Assembly (NCBI GenBank): GCA_016295275.1
Contig: JAEDLN010000001.1
Span: forward strand, 2,165-66,164
DNA length: 64,000 nucleotides
Reading direction: 5' to 3'
Origin: Kiritimatiellia bacterium
GTDB taxonomy: Bacteria > Verrucomicrobiota > Kiritimatiellia > RFP12 > UBA3636
Shown here: positions 9,317-19,589 of the stretch, in pieces
How positions within the stretch are numbered: the first letter of the stretch is position 1
Layout: each line of letters opens with the position of its first letter
Program-made: the position numbers and the translations under genes
Notes under the pieces: model-generated
Told to the model about the DNA's origin: nothing
The model's input: the letters and a program-made list of their open reading frames with translations, nothing else
The model's database searches: none

Positions 9317-10486
9317 ATGATTCTGAAAACAGTAAACGTAAAGAAGTACGGAGCCATCGGCGATGGACTTGCCGATGATTCTTCCGCTATCCAAAAGGCC
9401 CTTGATTCCGGTGCGCGTTGCGTGAAAATTCCAGCCGGAAGGTACCGGATTGCAACAACCCTCCGGGTGAACTCCCGCACGGAGATTCTGGCAGATAAGG
9501 ATGCGGTGATCTTTTTATGCGGAAACACTCCGAAAAAACGAGGCGATTTTCTCCTGACAAACGCCAATCACGAAGATGGCAATGAGAAAATCCGTATCCG
9601 GGGCGGTGTCTGGGACGGAAACAACCAAGGCCCTTGCAACACAAAAGCCGAAGATCTGTTCGACCCAAACGCATGGAGCGGCGCCGTCCTCGATTTCTTT
9701 AAGGTCGATGGTCTCACGCTGCGTGATATCACCGTCGCCAATTCCGTGACCTACAACATCCGGATGTGCCATATCAATCACTTTGATTTCCGCGATATTC
9801 GTTTCCAAAGCGATCGAATCGCCTTCAACCAGGATGGACTTCATTTCGGAGGCTACTGCAGAAACGGACGCGTGCGAAACGTCGCCGCTATCTCCAAAGG
9901 TCAGACGAATGACGATCTGATTGCTCTCAATGCAGACGACTCTCTCGTGCGTCTCGAAAATCTCGATCTCGAATGCGGACCAATCGAAAACATTACCTTC
10001 GAAAACATCTCCGCTGAAGATTGCCATACCGGGGTGCGTATCCTATCCGTCGTATCCCCCATCCGACATATCCGCATCCGCAATTTCCAAGCCGGCTGCC
10101 GTTGCTATGCCGTCAATGCCGATGGCGCACGCTACTGCCGTACCCCCCTCTTTGCGGACGCCGATCGTCCGAACGGCGTCGGTTGCATCGAGGATGTTAT
10201 CCTGGATGGTTTTTCCTGCCATGCAACGCTCCCGCAAACATCTACGCTTCTGGCATTGGAAACCAATCCCTGGAAAAAGGGTCTTGTCATCCGGAATTTC
10301 TCCCGCAATATGGATAAGGATCAGGCGCCTTACGCCCCGACCCTCCTTCTCCGGAAGATCGGAAAGGCCCGCTTGACCCTTTGCGAAAACCGCAAAAAAG
10401 TCGCTTCCGTCGATGTCGGTTCGGACGCTACAGGATTCGACACCTTCTCAACGATACGCCGCTTCGATACGCTGACCCTCCGATAA
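9317..10486 (+). CDS. Right-handed beta-helix protein, pectate-lyase superfamily / GH28-like
   Basis: N-terminal KYGAIGDGLADDSSAIQKAL motif, characteristic of the pectate_lyase_3 / GH28 beta-helix family. Confidence 0.65.
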   Translation: MILKTVNVKKYGAIGDGLADDSSAIQKALDSGARCVKIPAGRYRIATTLRVNSRTEILADKDAVIFLCGNTPKKRGDFLLTNANHEDGNEKIRIRGGVWDGNNQGPCNTKAEDLFDPNAWSGAVLDFFKVDGLTLRDITVANSVTYNIRMCHINHFDFRDIRFQSDRIAFNQDGLHFGGYCRNGRVRNVAAISKGQTNDDLIALNADDSLVRLENLDLECGPIENITFENISAEDCHTGVRILSVVSPIRHIRIRNFQAGCRCYAVNADGARYCRTPLFADADRPNGVGCIEDVILDGFSCHATLPQTSTLLALETNPWKKGLVIRNFSRNMDKDQAPYAPTLLLRKIGKARLTLCENRKKVASVDVGSDATGFDTFSTIRRFDTLTLR

Positions 10487-10519
10487 CGGAATTTCCGCAC
10501 TCTTGCCCTATACCCGACC

Positions 10520-11668
10520 ATGCTCCTGCCTGAAGAAATCGAACCAACCTTGTCCCGCCTCCAAAAAGACCTTGAGGAGATGCGCGGATATCTTGATCTG
10601 GACAATCGGAGAAACATCGTTGCCGAACTGGAAAAACTCGCAGCGACACCCGATTTCTGGAACAACCAAAAGGAAGCCCAGAATGTGATTGCGAAAACCA
10701 ATGCACAGAAGGCGCTCCTCAAACCGTACGATGATATCGTCGCACTCTTCAGCGACGCCGAAACCATGTACGAATTGGCTAAGGAAGAGCCGGAAGGCGA
10801 TGCGCAAAATGCCGCTCTTGCCGAAGTTTCCGATATCCTCGAACGCGCCAATGCCGATTTCGAGGCGTTGCGCGTCCAGTCTTTGCTGACGGGACCTCTC
10901 GACCGTTGCAACGCCTTCTTGACCCTTCATGCCGGTGCCGGCGGGACCGAGGCATGCGATTGGACATCCATGTTGCAGCGGATGTACATGCGGTACTGCG
11001 AACGCGCCGGTTTTACGTTCGAATTGATGGAATCGACCCCGGGAGATGAGGCCGGAATCGCTACCTGCACATTTGCCGTCAAGGGACTTAACGCCTACGG
11101 CTATCTCAAGGCCGAACGCGGAATCCATCGCCTTGTGCGCATTTCACCCTTCGACTCCAACGCCCGCCGCCATACGTCTTTCGCATCGCTGGATGTCATC
11201 GCCGAGCTGGAGGATGATATCAAAGTCGATATCAAACCGGAAGATTTGGAAATCGACACATTCCGTTCCGGTGGCGCAGGCGGACAACATGTCAACAAAA
11301 CCGATTCCGCCATCCGGATTCGACATGTCCCGACCAATATCGTTGTGGCTTGCGATGCCGAACGCTCCCAACATGCCAACCGCCAAAAGGCGATGGCTAT
11401 GCTGAAAGCAAAGATCTACGAGTACGAACAGGATAAGCAACGCGCAGCCCTTGAGCGCTTCTACGGAGAAAAAGGCTCTATTTCCTGGGGAAATCAAATC
11501 CGTTCCTACGTCTTACAGCCCTATACCATGGCGAAAGATTTGCGTACCGGATGCCAGACGGCAAATGTCCAAATGGTCCTCGACGGCGATTTGGCCCCCT
11601 TTATTTCGGCCTATTTGAAGTGGAAGTCCGCAGGCGGCGTCGCCCGCAATATCCAAGACGAAGAGTAA
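10520..11668 (+). CDS. prfB: Peptide chain release factor 2
   Basis: GGQ motif (RSGGAGGQHVNKTDSAIRIRHVPTNIVV), SPF tripeptide region (RISPFDSNARRHTSFASLDV), N-terminal MRGYLDLD. Single continuous frame with no programmed +1 frameshift site. Confidence 0.92.
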   Translation: MLLPEEIEPTLSRLQKDLEEMRGYLDLDNRRNIVAELEKLAATPDFWNNQKEAQNVIAKTNAQKALLKPYDDIVALFSDAETMYELAKEEPEGDAQNAALAEVSDILERANADFEALRVQSLLTGPLDRCNAFLTLHAGAGGTEACDWTSMLQRMYMRYCERAGFTFELMESTPGDEAGIATCTFAVKGLNAYGYLKAERGIHRLVRISPFDSNARRHTSFASLDVIAELEDDIKVDIKPEDLEIDTFRSGGAGGQHVNKTDSAIRIRHVPTNIVVACDAERSQHANRQKAMAMLKAKIYEYEQDKQRAALERFYGEKGSISWGNQIRSYVLQPYTMAKDLRTGCQTANVQMVLDGDLAPFISAYLKWKSAGGVARNIQDEE

Positions 11669-11678
11669 ACTCGCCGAT

Positions 11679-12905
11679 ATGCTGAAAACGTTTCTTGATT
11701 ACGTCCGCTTGGAGACGACCTCCGACGAATCCTCCGAATCCACTCCCTCGACCGCTTCCCAATTCGCGCTCGCACATCGGGTGGCAGAGGACCTTCGCGC
11801 ATGCGGTATCGTTCGAGTCGTCGAAACCCCGGAGTGCTACGTCTACGCCACCATTCCCGCCTCCCCCGGACAGACGCAAGTCCCGCCGCTCGGCTTTATC
11901 GCTCATCTCGATACCTCCCCGGAAGTCTCCGGCAAAAACGTCCATCCCCGAATCGTCGAAGCCTACGACGGAAAACCGCTTGTTCTCGGTTCAAGCAACA
12001 TCGTCCTTGATCCTTCCCTCTGCCCAGAGCTTGCCGGCATGATCGGCAAAACGCTCGTTACAACGGATGGCACGACCCTTCTCGGGGGCGATGACAAAGC
12101 GGGTGTCGCCATCCTCGTCCAACTGGCCCGTACGCTCGCGGCTCCGGACGCTCCTTCCCATCCGGAACTCCATCTGGCGTTCACCCCCGATGAGGAAATC
12201 GGACGCGGTACGGTTGCGTTCGATCCGGATCTGTTCGCGGCAAAATATGCCTACACGGTCGATGGAAGCGCTCCCGATATCTTCGAATGCGCCAATTTCA
12301 ATGCGGCCGCCGCGACATTCTCCTTCACCGGCGTCAACACACACCCGGGGGCTGCTAAAAACATCATGCGAAATGCCATCAAAATGGCAAACCGCGTGCT
12401 TGATTCCCTTCCGGTTGATGAAGCCCCGGAGTCTACGGAAGGCCGCGAGGGATTTTTCCACCCGCTCGCCATTTCCGGTTCCGTGGCAAAGGCGTCCCTT
12501 TCAATCATCGTGCGCGATCATGACGCAAAAGCCTTTGACGATCGTAAAGCGTTTCTCTCGACTCTCGCCTCTCGGCTGAACAAGGAATTCGGCGACGGCT
12601 CCGTCCAACTAGAATTGCACGACCAATACCGCAATATGGAGGAAGCGCTTCAAGCCGCCCCCTTTCTCAAAGAAGCCGCCCTTTCGGCCATCCGGTCAGT
12701 CGGTCTCCAACCCGTCGTCAAGCCGATTCGTGGCGGCACAGATGGTGCAATCCTCTCCCAGCGCGGCATTCCATGCCCGAATCTCGGGAATGGCGGACAT
12801 CTTTTCCACAGTCTTTGCGAATTCGTCTGTCTTCAGGAAATGGAGCAGGCGCTTTCGATCGTTCTGCAGATTGCCCAAAACTGGCATTGCCGCTTTTCAC
12901 GATGA
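11679..12905 (+). CDS. pepT: Peptidase T (tripeptide aminopeptidase, M20B)
   Basis: N-terminal FLDYVRLETTSDESS, M20 metal-binding region GGDDKAG, about 408 aa. Confidence 0.85.
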   Translation: MLKTFLDYVRLETTSDESSESTPSTASQFALAHRVAEDLRACGIVRVVETPECYVYATIPASPGQTQVPPLGFIAHLDTSPEVSGKNVHPRIVEAYDGKPLVLGSSNIVLDPSLCPELAGMIGKTLVTTDGTTLLGGDDKAGVAILVQLARTLAAPDAPSHPELHLAFTPDEEIGRGTVAFDPDLFAAKYAYTVDGSAPDIFECANFNAAAATFSFTGVNTHPGAAKNIMRNAIKMANRVLDSLPVDEAPESTEGREGFFHPLAISGSVAKASLSIIVRDHDAKAFDDRKAFLSTLASRLNKEFGDGSVQLELHDQYRNMEEALQAAPFLKEAALSAIRSVGLQPVVKPIRGGTDGAILSQRGIPCPNLGNGGHLFHSLCEFVCLQEMEQALSIVLQIAQNWHCRFSR

Positions 12906-13828
12906 TTTCTAATACACTCTTGGCGGCACTGCCGCTCCGCGCAAAAATCCTGGCCGCCCTGCGATCTGCACTCGATGGCCAAGGGTTTGTGGAAGTGGAG
13001 ACGCCCGTGAGAATCCCGGCTCCCGCCAATGAGCCGCATATCCGGCCTCCGGCAAGCGGAAATGCCTTCCTGAGAGCCTCTCCCGAGCTGCAAATGAAAC
13101 AACTGCTTGCCGCCGGCATGGAGAAAATCTACTCCCTGGGTCCTTGCTTTCGCGAAGGAGAACGAGGCGATCACCACGCTCCGGAATTTACAATGCTGGA
13201 ATGGTATCGCGCACAAGCGGGATACCGTACCGTCCTCGACGATGCCAAACAGCTCGTCCAAAATGCCGCACGGATACTCCGGAATGGCGAAGAATCCATA
13301 TTCCGATTTCGCGGTGTTAAACTCGATCTCTTTGGCGAATGGATTGAAATCCCCGTGCGCGAAGCGTTTCGCCGATACGCCGGTTGGGATCCCGTCGAAG
13401 CCTTCGATCCGGACCGTTTCGATCTCGATATGGCCCTCGTCATCGAGCCGTCCCTCCCCCGAAACCGCCCCTGCGTCTTGATCGATTACCCCGCCCCCGC
13501 CGCCTCTCTTTCCCGACTCTCTCCCGCCGATTCCCGTATCGCCGAACGATGGGAACTGTACCTCGGCGGTCTGGAACTGGCTAATGCCTTCGGGGAATTG
13601 ACCGATCCCGCGGAACAACGCGCCCGCTTCCAACGGGCGAGACAAGAAAAAATCGCGCTCGGCGAACCCGCCTTCGATCTCGATGAAGCGTTCCTCTCGG
13701 CCCTTCCCAATATGCCGCCCTCCGGTGGCGCCGCAATGGGGGTCGATCGGCTCTGCATGGTTCTTCTCGAACTCGACGATATCGAAAATGTCCGCCCCTT
13801 TCTCCCGCCTATAGGATCTCTCTGGTGA
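12902..13828 (+). CDS. epmA: EF-P--(R)-beta-lysine ligase EpmA (PoxA/GenX), class II LysRS paralog
   Basis: Class II aaRS motifs FREGERGDHHAPEFTMLEWY and GGLELANAFGELTDP. About 308 aa with no anticodon-binding domain. ATGA start/stop overlap with pepT. Confidence 0.75.
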   Translation: MISNTLLAALPLRAKILAALRSALDGQGFVEVETPVRIPAPANEPHIRPPASGNAFLRASPELQMKQLLAAGMEKIYSLGPCFREGERGDHHAPEFTMLEWYRAQAGYRTVLDDAKQLVQNAARILRNGEESIFRFRGVKLDLFGEWIEIPVREAFRRYAGWDPVEAFDPDRFDLDMALVIEPSLPRNRPCVLIDYPAPAASLSRLSPADSRIAERWELYLGGLELANAFGELTDPAEQRARFQRARQEKIALGEPAFDLDEAFLSALPNMPPSGGAAMGVDRLCMVLLELDDIENVRPFLPPIGSLW

Positions 13829-13829
13829 C

Positions 13830-14774
13830 ATGAAAGCAATGGTTTTCCATCTTGGCTCCATCAATATAGACAGAGTCTATTCGCTCGATCATATCGTTGC
13901 CCCCGGTGAGACGGAGCGGGCTTCTAATCTTGCTTTTTTCCCAGGCGGAAAAGGTCTTAACCAAAGTATCGCACTCGCACGTGCCGGTGCCGCCGTGCGC
14001 CAAATCGGCGCGGTCGGAACATCCGACGGCGAGCCTCTCCGGATCCTGCTTTCCGAAAATGGCGTGCAGATCGATGCCATTCAGACCGTTCCGGGAGAAA
14101 CCGGCCATGCCGTCATCCTCGTTGATGCCGCGGGGATGAATTCCATCATCGTGACACCCGGCGCAAACGCCTGCGTTACAACCGCGCAAATCCAATCCGC
14201 AATCTCCACCGCAAAATCGGGCGATTTTTTCTTGGCGCAAAACGAAACCTCCTGCCTCCCGGACGCCATTCGCCTCGCACACCGCGCAAATTTGCGTATC
14301 TTCTTGAATCCTTCCCCGATCACACCCGAACTCGAGGTCTCTCCGCTCGAACTGGTTTCCGATTTCCTTCTCAACGAAACCGAGGCCGCCTTTCTCGCAA
14401 ATTGCCCCGTCTCTACAGACCCCGGAACCATCTTGAACCGTCTCCTTTTCCGGTTCCCGAACGCCCGTTTCGTCTTGACATGCGGAGCCGCCGGCGCTTG
14501 GTACGCCGACGCGCAGACGCCCCCGTTTCTCTCACCGTCTTTCCCCACCGATCCAATCGATACGACCGCCGCCGGTGACACGTTCGCCGGCTTCTATATC
14601 GCCGCCATCGCAGATTCGCTTCCGCCTCGCGAAGCAATGCGCCTCGCCAATGCCGCCGCTGCCATATCCATCACACGCCCCGGCGCCTCGCCTTCCATCC
14701 CGACGGCTCGCGAAGTCGCCCGTTTCCTCGCATCGAAATCCTGTGCTTCCCTATCCTCCCGCCATGAGTCCTGA
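13830..14774 (+). CDS. rbsK: Ribokinase / PfkB-family sugar kinase
   Basis: GGKGLNQSIALARAG and C-terminal DTTAAGDTFAGFYIAAI ribokinase signatures. Confidence 0.85.
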   Translation: MKAMVFHLGSINIDRVYSLDHIVAPGETERASNLAFFPGGKGLNQSIALARAGAAVRQIGAVGTSDGEPLRILLSENGVQIDAIQTVPGETGHAVILVDAAGMNSIIVTPGANACVTTAQIQSAISTAKSGDFFLAQNETSCLPDAIRLAHRANLRIFLNPSPITPELEVSPLELVSDFLLNETEAAFLANCPVSTDPGTILNRLLFRFPNARFVLTCGAAGAWYADAQTPPFLSPSFPTDPIDTTAAGDTFAGFYIAAIADSLPPREAMRLANAAAAISITRPGASPSIPTAREVARFLASKSCASLSSRHES

Positions 14775-15186
14775 AAAGAAAATCGCTCTCGAACTCCATC
14801 CCGCAAAGGCAAACTGCTCTCAGGCAATTGCCGCCGCATACGCCCCGCGATTCGGAATCCCTTCGGATACCGCTTCCCGTATGACAATGGGTCTCGGTCG
14901 CGGCGTTTCCGGATTGAACGAAATTTGTGGTACGATTGCCGGTGTCTCCGTCGTCCTCGGCATGGCATTCGGAAACGAACCCGGCGGCCAAAAACGGGTC
15001 TTCGCATTGACACGGGAATTTGCGGAACAATTCGCATCCGCAAATGGCTCGATCATTTGCGGACAACTCCTCGGACTCGTCCCGCCCCCTTCCGGAAAAC
15101 CCCTCACCAAACGCTCGTGCCACGATCTCGTCGCCGATGCATGCGATTTTCTCGATTCCGTCCTCCCATCCCCTTCCTCTCACTGA
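14764..15186 (+). CDS. C_GCAxxG_C_C family protein (putative redox-active)
   Basis: KANCSQAIAAAY motif matching the C_GCAxxG_C_C family, about 140 aa. Start set at the in-frame ATG at 14764, overlapping the ribokinase end by 11 nt. Confidence 0.6.
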   Translation: MSPEKKIALELHPAKANCSQAIAAAYAPRFGIPSDTASRMTMGLGRGVSGLNEICGTIAGVSVVLGMAFGNEPGGQKRVFALTREFAEQFASANGSIICGQLLGLVPPPSGKPLTKRSCHDLVADACDFLDSVLPSPSSH

Positions 15187-15207
15187 CGGCTTCGCGCCGG
15201 TTCGGTC

Positions 15208-15936
15208 ATGCTGATTGAAGTCAACCATCTCACCAAATGTTTCGGCCCGGACAAGGTCGTTTCCGATGCCACATTCTCCGTTGATGCCGGAGAACGTGTC
15301 GCAATCATCGGTCGGAACGGAGCCGGAAAAACAACCCTCCTTCGCTTGCTCTCGACTTTTTTGCCGCCTACCTCCGGCTATGCGAAGATCTCCGGATTCG
15401 ACCTTCTCTCCAAAGCAAACTCCATCCGTTCGATTGTCGGATACCTCCCGGAACAGGCTCCGTTGTACCCCGATATGACGGTCACGTCCTACCTGCGATA
15501 CCGCGGAAAATTGCGCCGCCTCCCACGCGAATACTTGATTCGCCGCCTCCACGAGGTGGTCGATTTCTGCAATCTCGCCGCCATTCGTGATGCCCGTATC
15601 CAAACCCTCTCCAACGGACGCCGCCACGCCGTCGCCCTCGCCGATGCCATCCTGCACGAACCCGATGTCCTGCTCTTTGACGATCCGCTGGTGGGAGCAG
15701 ACCCCGATCAAACGGAGAAACTCACCGAACTGATGACCTCCCCGGTCGTTTCCGACGGTCGCGCCATTCTCTTCGTTACGCATAATATCGATCTCGTCCG
15801 AACCGCCGCCACCCGGATGATTTGCTTGAACCACGGAAACATCATCGCCGATACTTCCGATCTCGACGTTCTTCAAAACAAAACGCTTGCCGAACTCTTT
15901 CGAATGTGGACGACCGCCGCCGAGCCACCTGTTTGA
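15208..15936 (+). CDS. ABC transporter ATP-binding protein (ABC-2 exporter type)
   Basis: Walker A GRNGAGKTTLLRLL, LSNGRRHAVALA signature, Walker B LLFDDP. Confidence 0.85.
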   Translation: MLIEVNHLTKCFGPDKVVSDATFSVDAGERVAIIGRNGAGKTTLLRLLSTFLPPTSGYAKISGFDLLSKANSIRSIVGYLPEQAPLYPDMTVTSYLRYRGKLRRLPREYLIRRLHEVVDFCNLAAIRDARIQTLSNGRRHAVALADAILHEPDVLLFDDPLVGADPDQTEKLTELMTSPVVSDGRAILFVTHNIDLVRTAATRMICLNHGNIIADTSDLDVLQNKTLAELFRMWTTAAEPPV

Positions 15937-15954
15937 TCCGTTCTTTTTCCCACC

Positions 15955-16683
15955 ATGTCACCTTCTCTTTTCATCTTTCGCAAGGAAACGCGAGGCGCTC
16001 TTCTGCGCCCTTCCACTTGGGGTGTACTCGCTTCTACAACCGCCGTTTTGGGAATCGTCTACTTTCTCGCTCTTCGCGATTTTCCCTCGCAAACGCTCGA
16101 AATCGCGCCCCTCTTTACCATGTGCCTGGTCATGACGGTCCCGATTCCCGTCTCCTTCTTTACGATGTCCCTTTTCCCTCGCGAACGAACCGCCGGAACC
16201 CTCGAACTGCTTCTCACCGCCCCTGTTACCGATGCCGAGGTCGTTACGGGCAAATTTCTCTCCGCTCTCTTTCTTTCAATTTTCGCGCTCCTCCTTACCT
16301 ACATTGCCCTCGTGATCCATTTGAACCTGTCCGGGCAACCGATCCAACCGCACCTCCTTTCGCTTGCAATCGGTTTTGCAGGAACGTTCCTGTTGACCGC
16401 TGCACTCTGCTCGTTTGGCACCTTGATCAGTCTCTCGACACACTACGAGGCCGCCGCAGGCGCCGTTACGATGTTTTTTTCGATTTTGACGGTCTCCATG
16501 GTTGTCGAAAGCGAAAACGGAACGGGCGTCGCTGCAGTTTCCAATAGCGTCAATATCCTGAACTTCGCACATGGAATATTGGATTCCCGACCGGTCGTCA
16601 CATTCCTGAGCGCAACCTTCTTTTTCCTATTTTCAGCCGTTCGATTCTTGGAATCGCGTCGCTGGGCATCCGTTTCCCGTTAG
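15955..16683 (+). CDS. ABC-2 type transporter permease
   Basis: Six predicted TM segments, ABC-2 family-like, immediately downstream of the ATPase. Confidence 0.7.
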   Translation: MSPSLFIFRKETRGALLRPSTWGVLASTTAVLGIVYFLALRDFPSQTLEIAPLFTMCLVMTVPIPVSFFTMSLFPRERTAGTLELLLTAPVTDAEVVTGKFLSALFLSIFALLLTYIALVIHLNLSGQPIQPHLLSLAIGFAGTFLLTAALCSFGTLISLSTHYEAAAGAVTMFFSILTVSMVVESENGTGVAAVSNSVNILNFAHGILDSRPVVTFLSATFFFLFSAVRFLESRRWASVSR

Positions 16684-16693
16684 TTTCTTCCGC

Positions 16694-17683
16694 ATGAAAC
16701 CGTATTTCAGCTTGTTTCTTCTCGCCGGAGTTTCCATTGCGATTTCCCTCGCTCTGACAACCTCGTGCCGAAAATCCTCCGACCCGATCGTTGGCAAGAA
16801 CGTTTCCGATCAAGATCCCGCCATCGAATCTGTCGCCCATGTCACTTCTCCGCGCCTGATTTCCCTTTCGCCGGCTATCACCGAAATCCTCTGTATGATC
16901 GGTCTCGGTCCTCATCTTGTTGGTCGTACCCCTGCCTGCGATTTCCCAAACGAAGTCTCTTCCGTCCCTTCCGTCATGGACGAAAAAGGCAATCTCTCCT
17001 TGGAGACAGTTTCCGCTCTCAAACCGGATTTCATCTTGATGCCCGATCAGCTCGCGGCCTCGCCGCTGCACACCGAATTGTCCAAACGGAAGCTGAACCA
17101 TATCGGAATCCGTCTCGATTCGCTGGATGATATCTATCAATCCGTTTTCTCGATTGGCGATCGCTACAACGCTGAAAGCGTTGCGTCCGATTGGCTGGCA
17201 GGCATGGATGAACTCACCTCCGGTCTCCGCAACGAATGCGCCGAGGCAATCGCCGCCGCAGGTGGAATCTCTCCCGGAATCCTCATCGTTCTGGGACGCA
17301 TTCCCGCCAATGGAAACCAGCCCGCCCGACTCATTGTCGCCGGCCGGAATTGCTTCCAACAAGGAATTTTGGAAACCCTCGGGGCCCGTAACGTCATCAC
17401 CTCTTCCGTTCCATACGAAACCGTTTCCATGGCGCAAGTCACAGAACTCGCCCCCGCCATTGTTCTGGAAATCGTCCCAGCCTCCCTTTCCGCCGATCGC
17501 CAATCCGCACTCCTCCTTTCATGGGCCCGATACGGCTCCTGCCCCGCCGTTGCCACCGGAAAGGTTACTATTCTCGCGGAAACCTACGCCCTCCGCCCCG
17601 GTCCTCGAATCGGACTTCTGTTCAGAGATGTCGCGCGCTGCATCATCGACTGGGCGAAAGATGCTCAAAAACAAAGCACTTGA
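16694..17683 (+). CDS. Periplasmic binding lipoprotein, class III (BtuF/FecB-like, iron-siderophore/cobalamin type)
   Basis: Signal peptide ending LALTTSC (putative lipobox). LISLSPAITEILCMIGL and KPDFILMPD motifs typical of helical-backbone SBPs. Confidence 0.65.
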   Translation: MKPYFSLFLLAGVSIAISLALTTSCRKSSDPIVGKNVSDQDPAIESVAHVTSPRLISLSPAITEILCMIGLGPHLVGRTPACDFPNEVSSVPSVMDEKGNLSLETVSALKPDFILMPDQLAASPLHTELSKRKLNHIGIRLDSLDDIYQSVFSIGDRYNAESVASDWLAGMDELTSGLRNECAEAIAAAGGISPGILIVLGRIPANGNQPARLIVAGRNCFQQGILETLGARNVITSSVPYETVSMAQVTELAPAIVLEIVPASLSADRQSALLLSWARYGSCPAVATGKVTILAETYALRPGPRIGLLFRDVARCIIDWAKDAQKQST

Positions 17684-17889
17684 GCCCCTTCTTCGCCATC
17701 CGCCACGCCCTCATACCCGCATACCATCGCCCCCCCTTTCCGTAACAAAATCGACGCGCTTGAGGGCAACCTTGACAGGTCCGCGGCTTTCCCCTAGATT
17801 CCACTCACCAAACTGCCGACCTCGAACCGGACGTGCACCGCGGCGTCTTTACTCTTCGATCAACCTCTCGCCAAGATATTTCCCGCCTC

Positions 17890-18585
17890 ATGTATACGCT
17901 CAGTCCGCAAACTAAAGCCGTTATTTTCGATCTGGACGACACGTTGTACGATTTCAAGCATTGCCACAATCGCGTCATGCCGCTTCTGGAAAACTATGCC
18001 CGGGAAAAACTGGGGATGGAACCGGTACTGTTTCGGACGGAACATAAGAAAATGCTGGAATGGCAGTTCGATGCCCTGCCAAAACAAGCGGGCTGCCATA
18101 GCCGGGCCATGCGCTTCCAACTTTTGCTGGAATCGCACGGGTTGCCGTTGCGCCATGCGAACGCGCTCGCCGAGCTCTACTGGAACTCGATGCTTGACAT
18201 CATGACCCCGTTTCCGGGCTGCGTCGCTCTCTTTCAAAATCTTCGCAACCGGGGGATTTCCATCGGTATCGGTACCGATATGACGGCCGATTGGCAGCTC
18301 AAGAAACTGGAGCGGCTTGGGCTCCTCGATTACGTCTCCTTCTTTGTTTCCAGCGAAGAAACGGAAGAAAAGCCCGGAAGCGGCATGTTTTTGAGATGCG
18401 CCTCGAAAGCGGCTGTTCCAATCGATTGCTGTCTGTTTGTCGGAGATAACCCAAAGCGCGACATCAAAGGCGCCATTGACGTAGGCATGCCATTCCTCTG
18501 GATACAGCCGGATCCCGAAAAACGGGCGCTCCATCCGGATTATCCGTCGGTTGCTTCCATTGCTGAAATTCAATTTCCGTCATGA
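17890..18585 (+). CDS. HAD-superfamily hydrolase
   Basis: Motif I VIFDLDDTLYD and motif IV region LFVGDNPKRD. Start at MYTLSPQ. Confidence 0.75.
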   Translation: MYTLSPQTKAVIFDLDDTLYDFKHCHNRVMPLLENYAREKLGMEPVLFRTEHKKMLEWQFDALPKQAGCHSRAMRFQLLLESHGLPLRHANALAELYWNSMLDIMTPFPGCVALFQNLRNRGISIGIGTDMTADWQLKKLERLGLLDYVSFFVSSEETEEKPGSGMFLRCASKAAVPIDCCLFVGDNPKRDIKGAIDVGMPFLWIQPDPEKRALHPDYPSVASIAEIQFPS

Positions 18586-19589
18586 CGACCGAACTAAACG
18601 ATTTCGACGAAGAACTTGAAAGCGAGACGTACCTCCCTTCCGCTTCCCCGATTGCAAACGGCGCAAAAACCTTCCCCGCACCGAGCGATCCGGCAACGTG
18701 CGCATCCTGCCGCTTGGATACGTGGCTCGCCAACGTCTCCGGTATCTCCCGCTCCCGTATCCAATCCATGCTGAAGGAGGGGCTCGTCACCACGCGAAAC
18801 GGTTCCGTTCCCGCCTCCCGAAAGGTCTCCGCCGGTGAATCGTACACAATCGCAATTCCCGAACCGAAACCGACCGAAATCCGCCCGGAAGACATTCCGC
18901 TCGATATCGTTTACGAGGATGAATCGATCCTCGTCGTCAACAAACAGGCAGATCTCGTCGTGCATCCCGCCGCCGGACACGAGAGCGGGACGCTCGTCAA
19001 CGCTCTTCTTCACCACTGCCCCGCTGTTTTCTCCGTTGGAGGGGAAACCCGTCCCGGTATCGTCCATCGACTCGACAAGGATACGACCGGACTCCTTGTC
19101 GTCGCCAAAAACGATACTGCGTTTCAAGGTCTTGTCGAATCCTTTCAAACCGGCAAGGTCCATAAAATCTATGCCGCCGTCTGCTGCGGTGTCCCCGATC
19201 CCTCGGCAGGACATGTGGAAGGACTGATCGGACGCTCGCCGGTCGACCGGAAAAAGATGGCCGTCGTGCTACAAAACGGACGCTTTGCATCGACCGATTA
19301 CGAGGTCGAACGAGATTTTGGCGGGTGCGCCCTCTTGCGCATTCGGATTCATACCGGACGGACCCATCAAATCCGCGTCCATCTCAAGTCGATTGGCTGT
19401 CCGATCGCAGGGGACCGTCTCTACGGAAACGCTTCGCAAGATTCGGTGCTTCCGTTTCGTCCGCCCCGTCAGATGCTCCACGCAAGGGTCCTCCGTCTCC
19501 CCCACCCCGTCACCCGCGAAATCCTGACCTTTGAGGCGCCTCTCGCCCCAGACATGCAAGAACTCCTTGATGCCTTGAACCATCGGTGA
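18582..19589 (+). CDS. rluD: 23S rRNA pseudouridine synthase, RluD/RluA family, with S4 domain
   Basis: Catalytic HRLDKDTTGLLVVAKND and LDIVYEDESILVVNKQADLVVHP motifs. ATGA overlap with the upstream gene. Confidence 0.85.
   Translation: MTTELNDFDEELESETYLPSASPIANGAKTFPAPSDPATCASCRLDTWLANVSGISRSRIQSMLKEGLVTTRNGSVPASRKVSAGESYTIAIPEPKPTEIRPEDIPLDIVYEDESILVVNKQADLVVHPAAGHESGTLVNALLHHCPAVFSVGGETRPGIVHRLDKDTTGLLVVAKNDTAFQGLVESFQTGKVHKIYAAVCCGVPDPSAGHVEGLIGRSPVDRKKMAVVLQNGRFASTDYEVERDFGGCALLRIRIHTGRTHQIRVHLKSIGCPIAGDRLYGNASQDSVLPFRPPRQMLHARVLRLPHPVTREILTFEAPLAPDMQELLDALNHR

Noticed and set aside
10520-10640. Programmed +1 frameshift site in prfB
   Set aside because: The ORF is continuous from an N-terminal Met through the GGQ domain. 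The codons around RGYLDLD show no in-frame UGA.
12773-12901. N-terminal extension of epmA overlapping pepT by 130 nt
   Set aside because: The in-frame ATG at 12902 overlaps the pepT stop (ATGA) and matches the family N-terminus.
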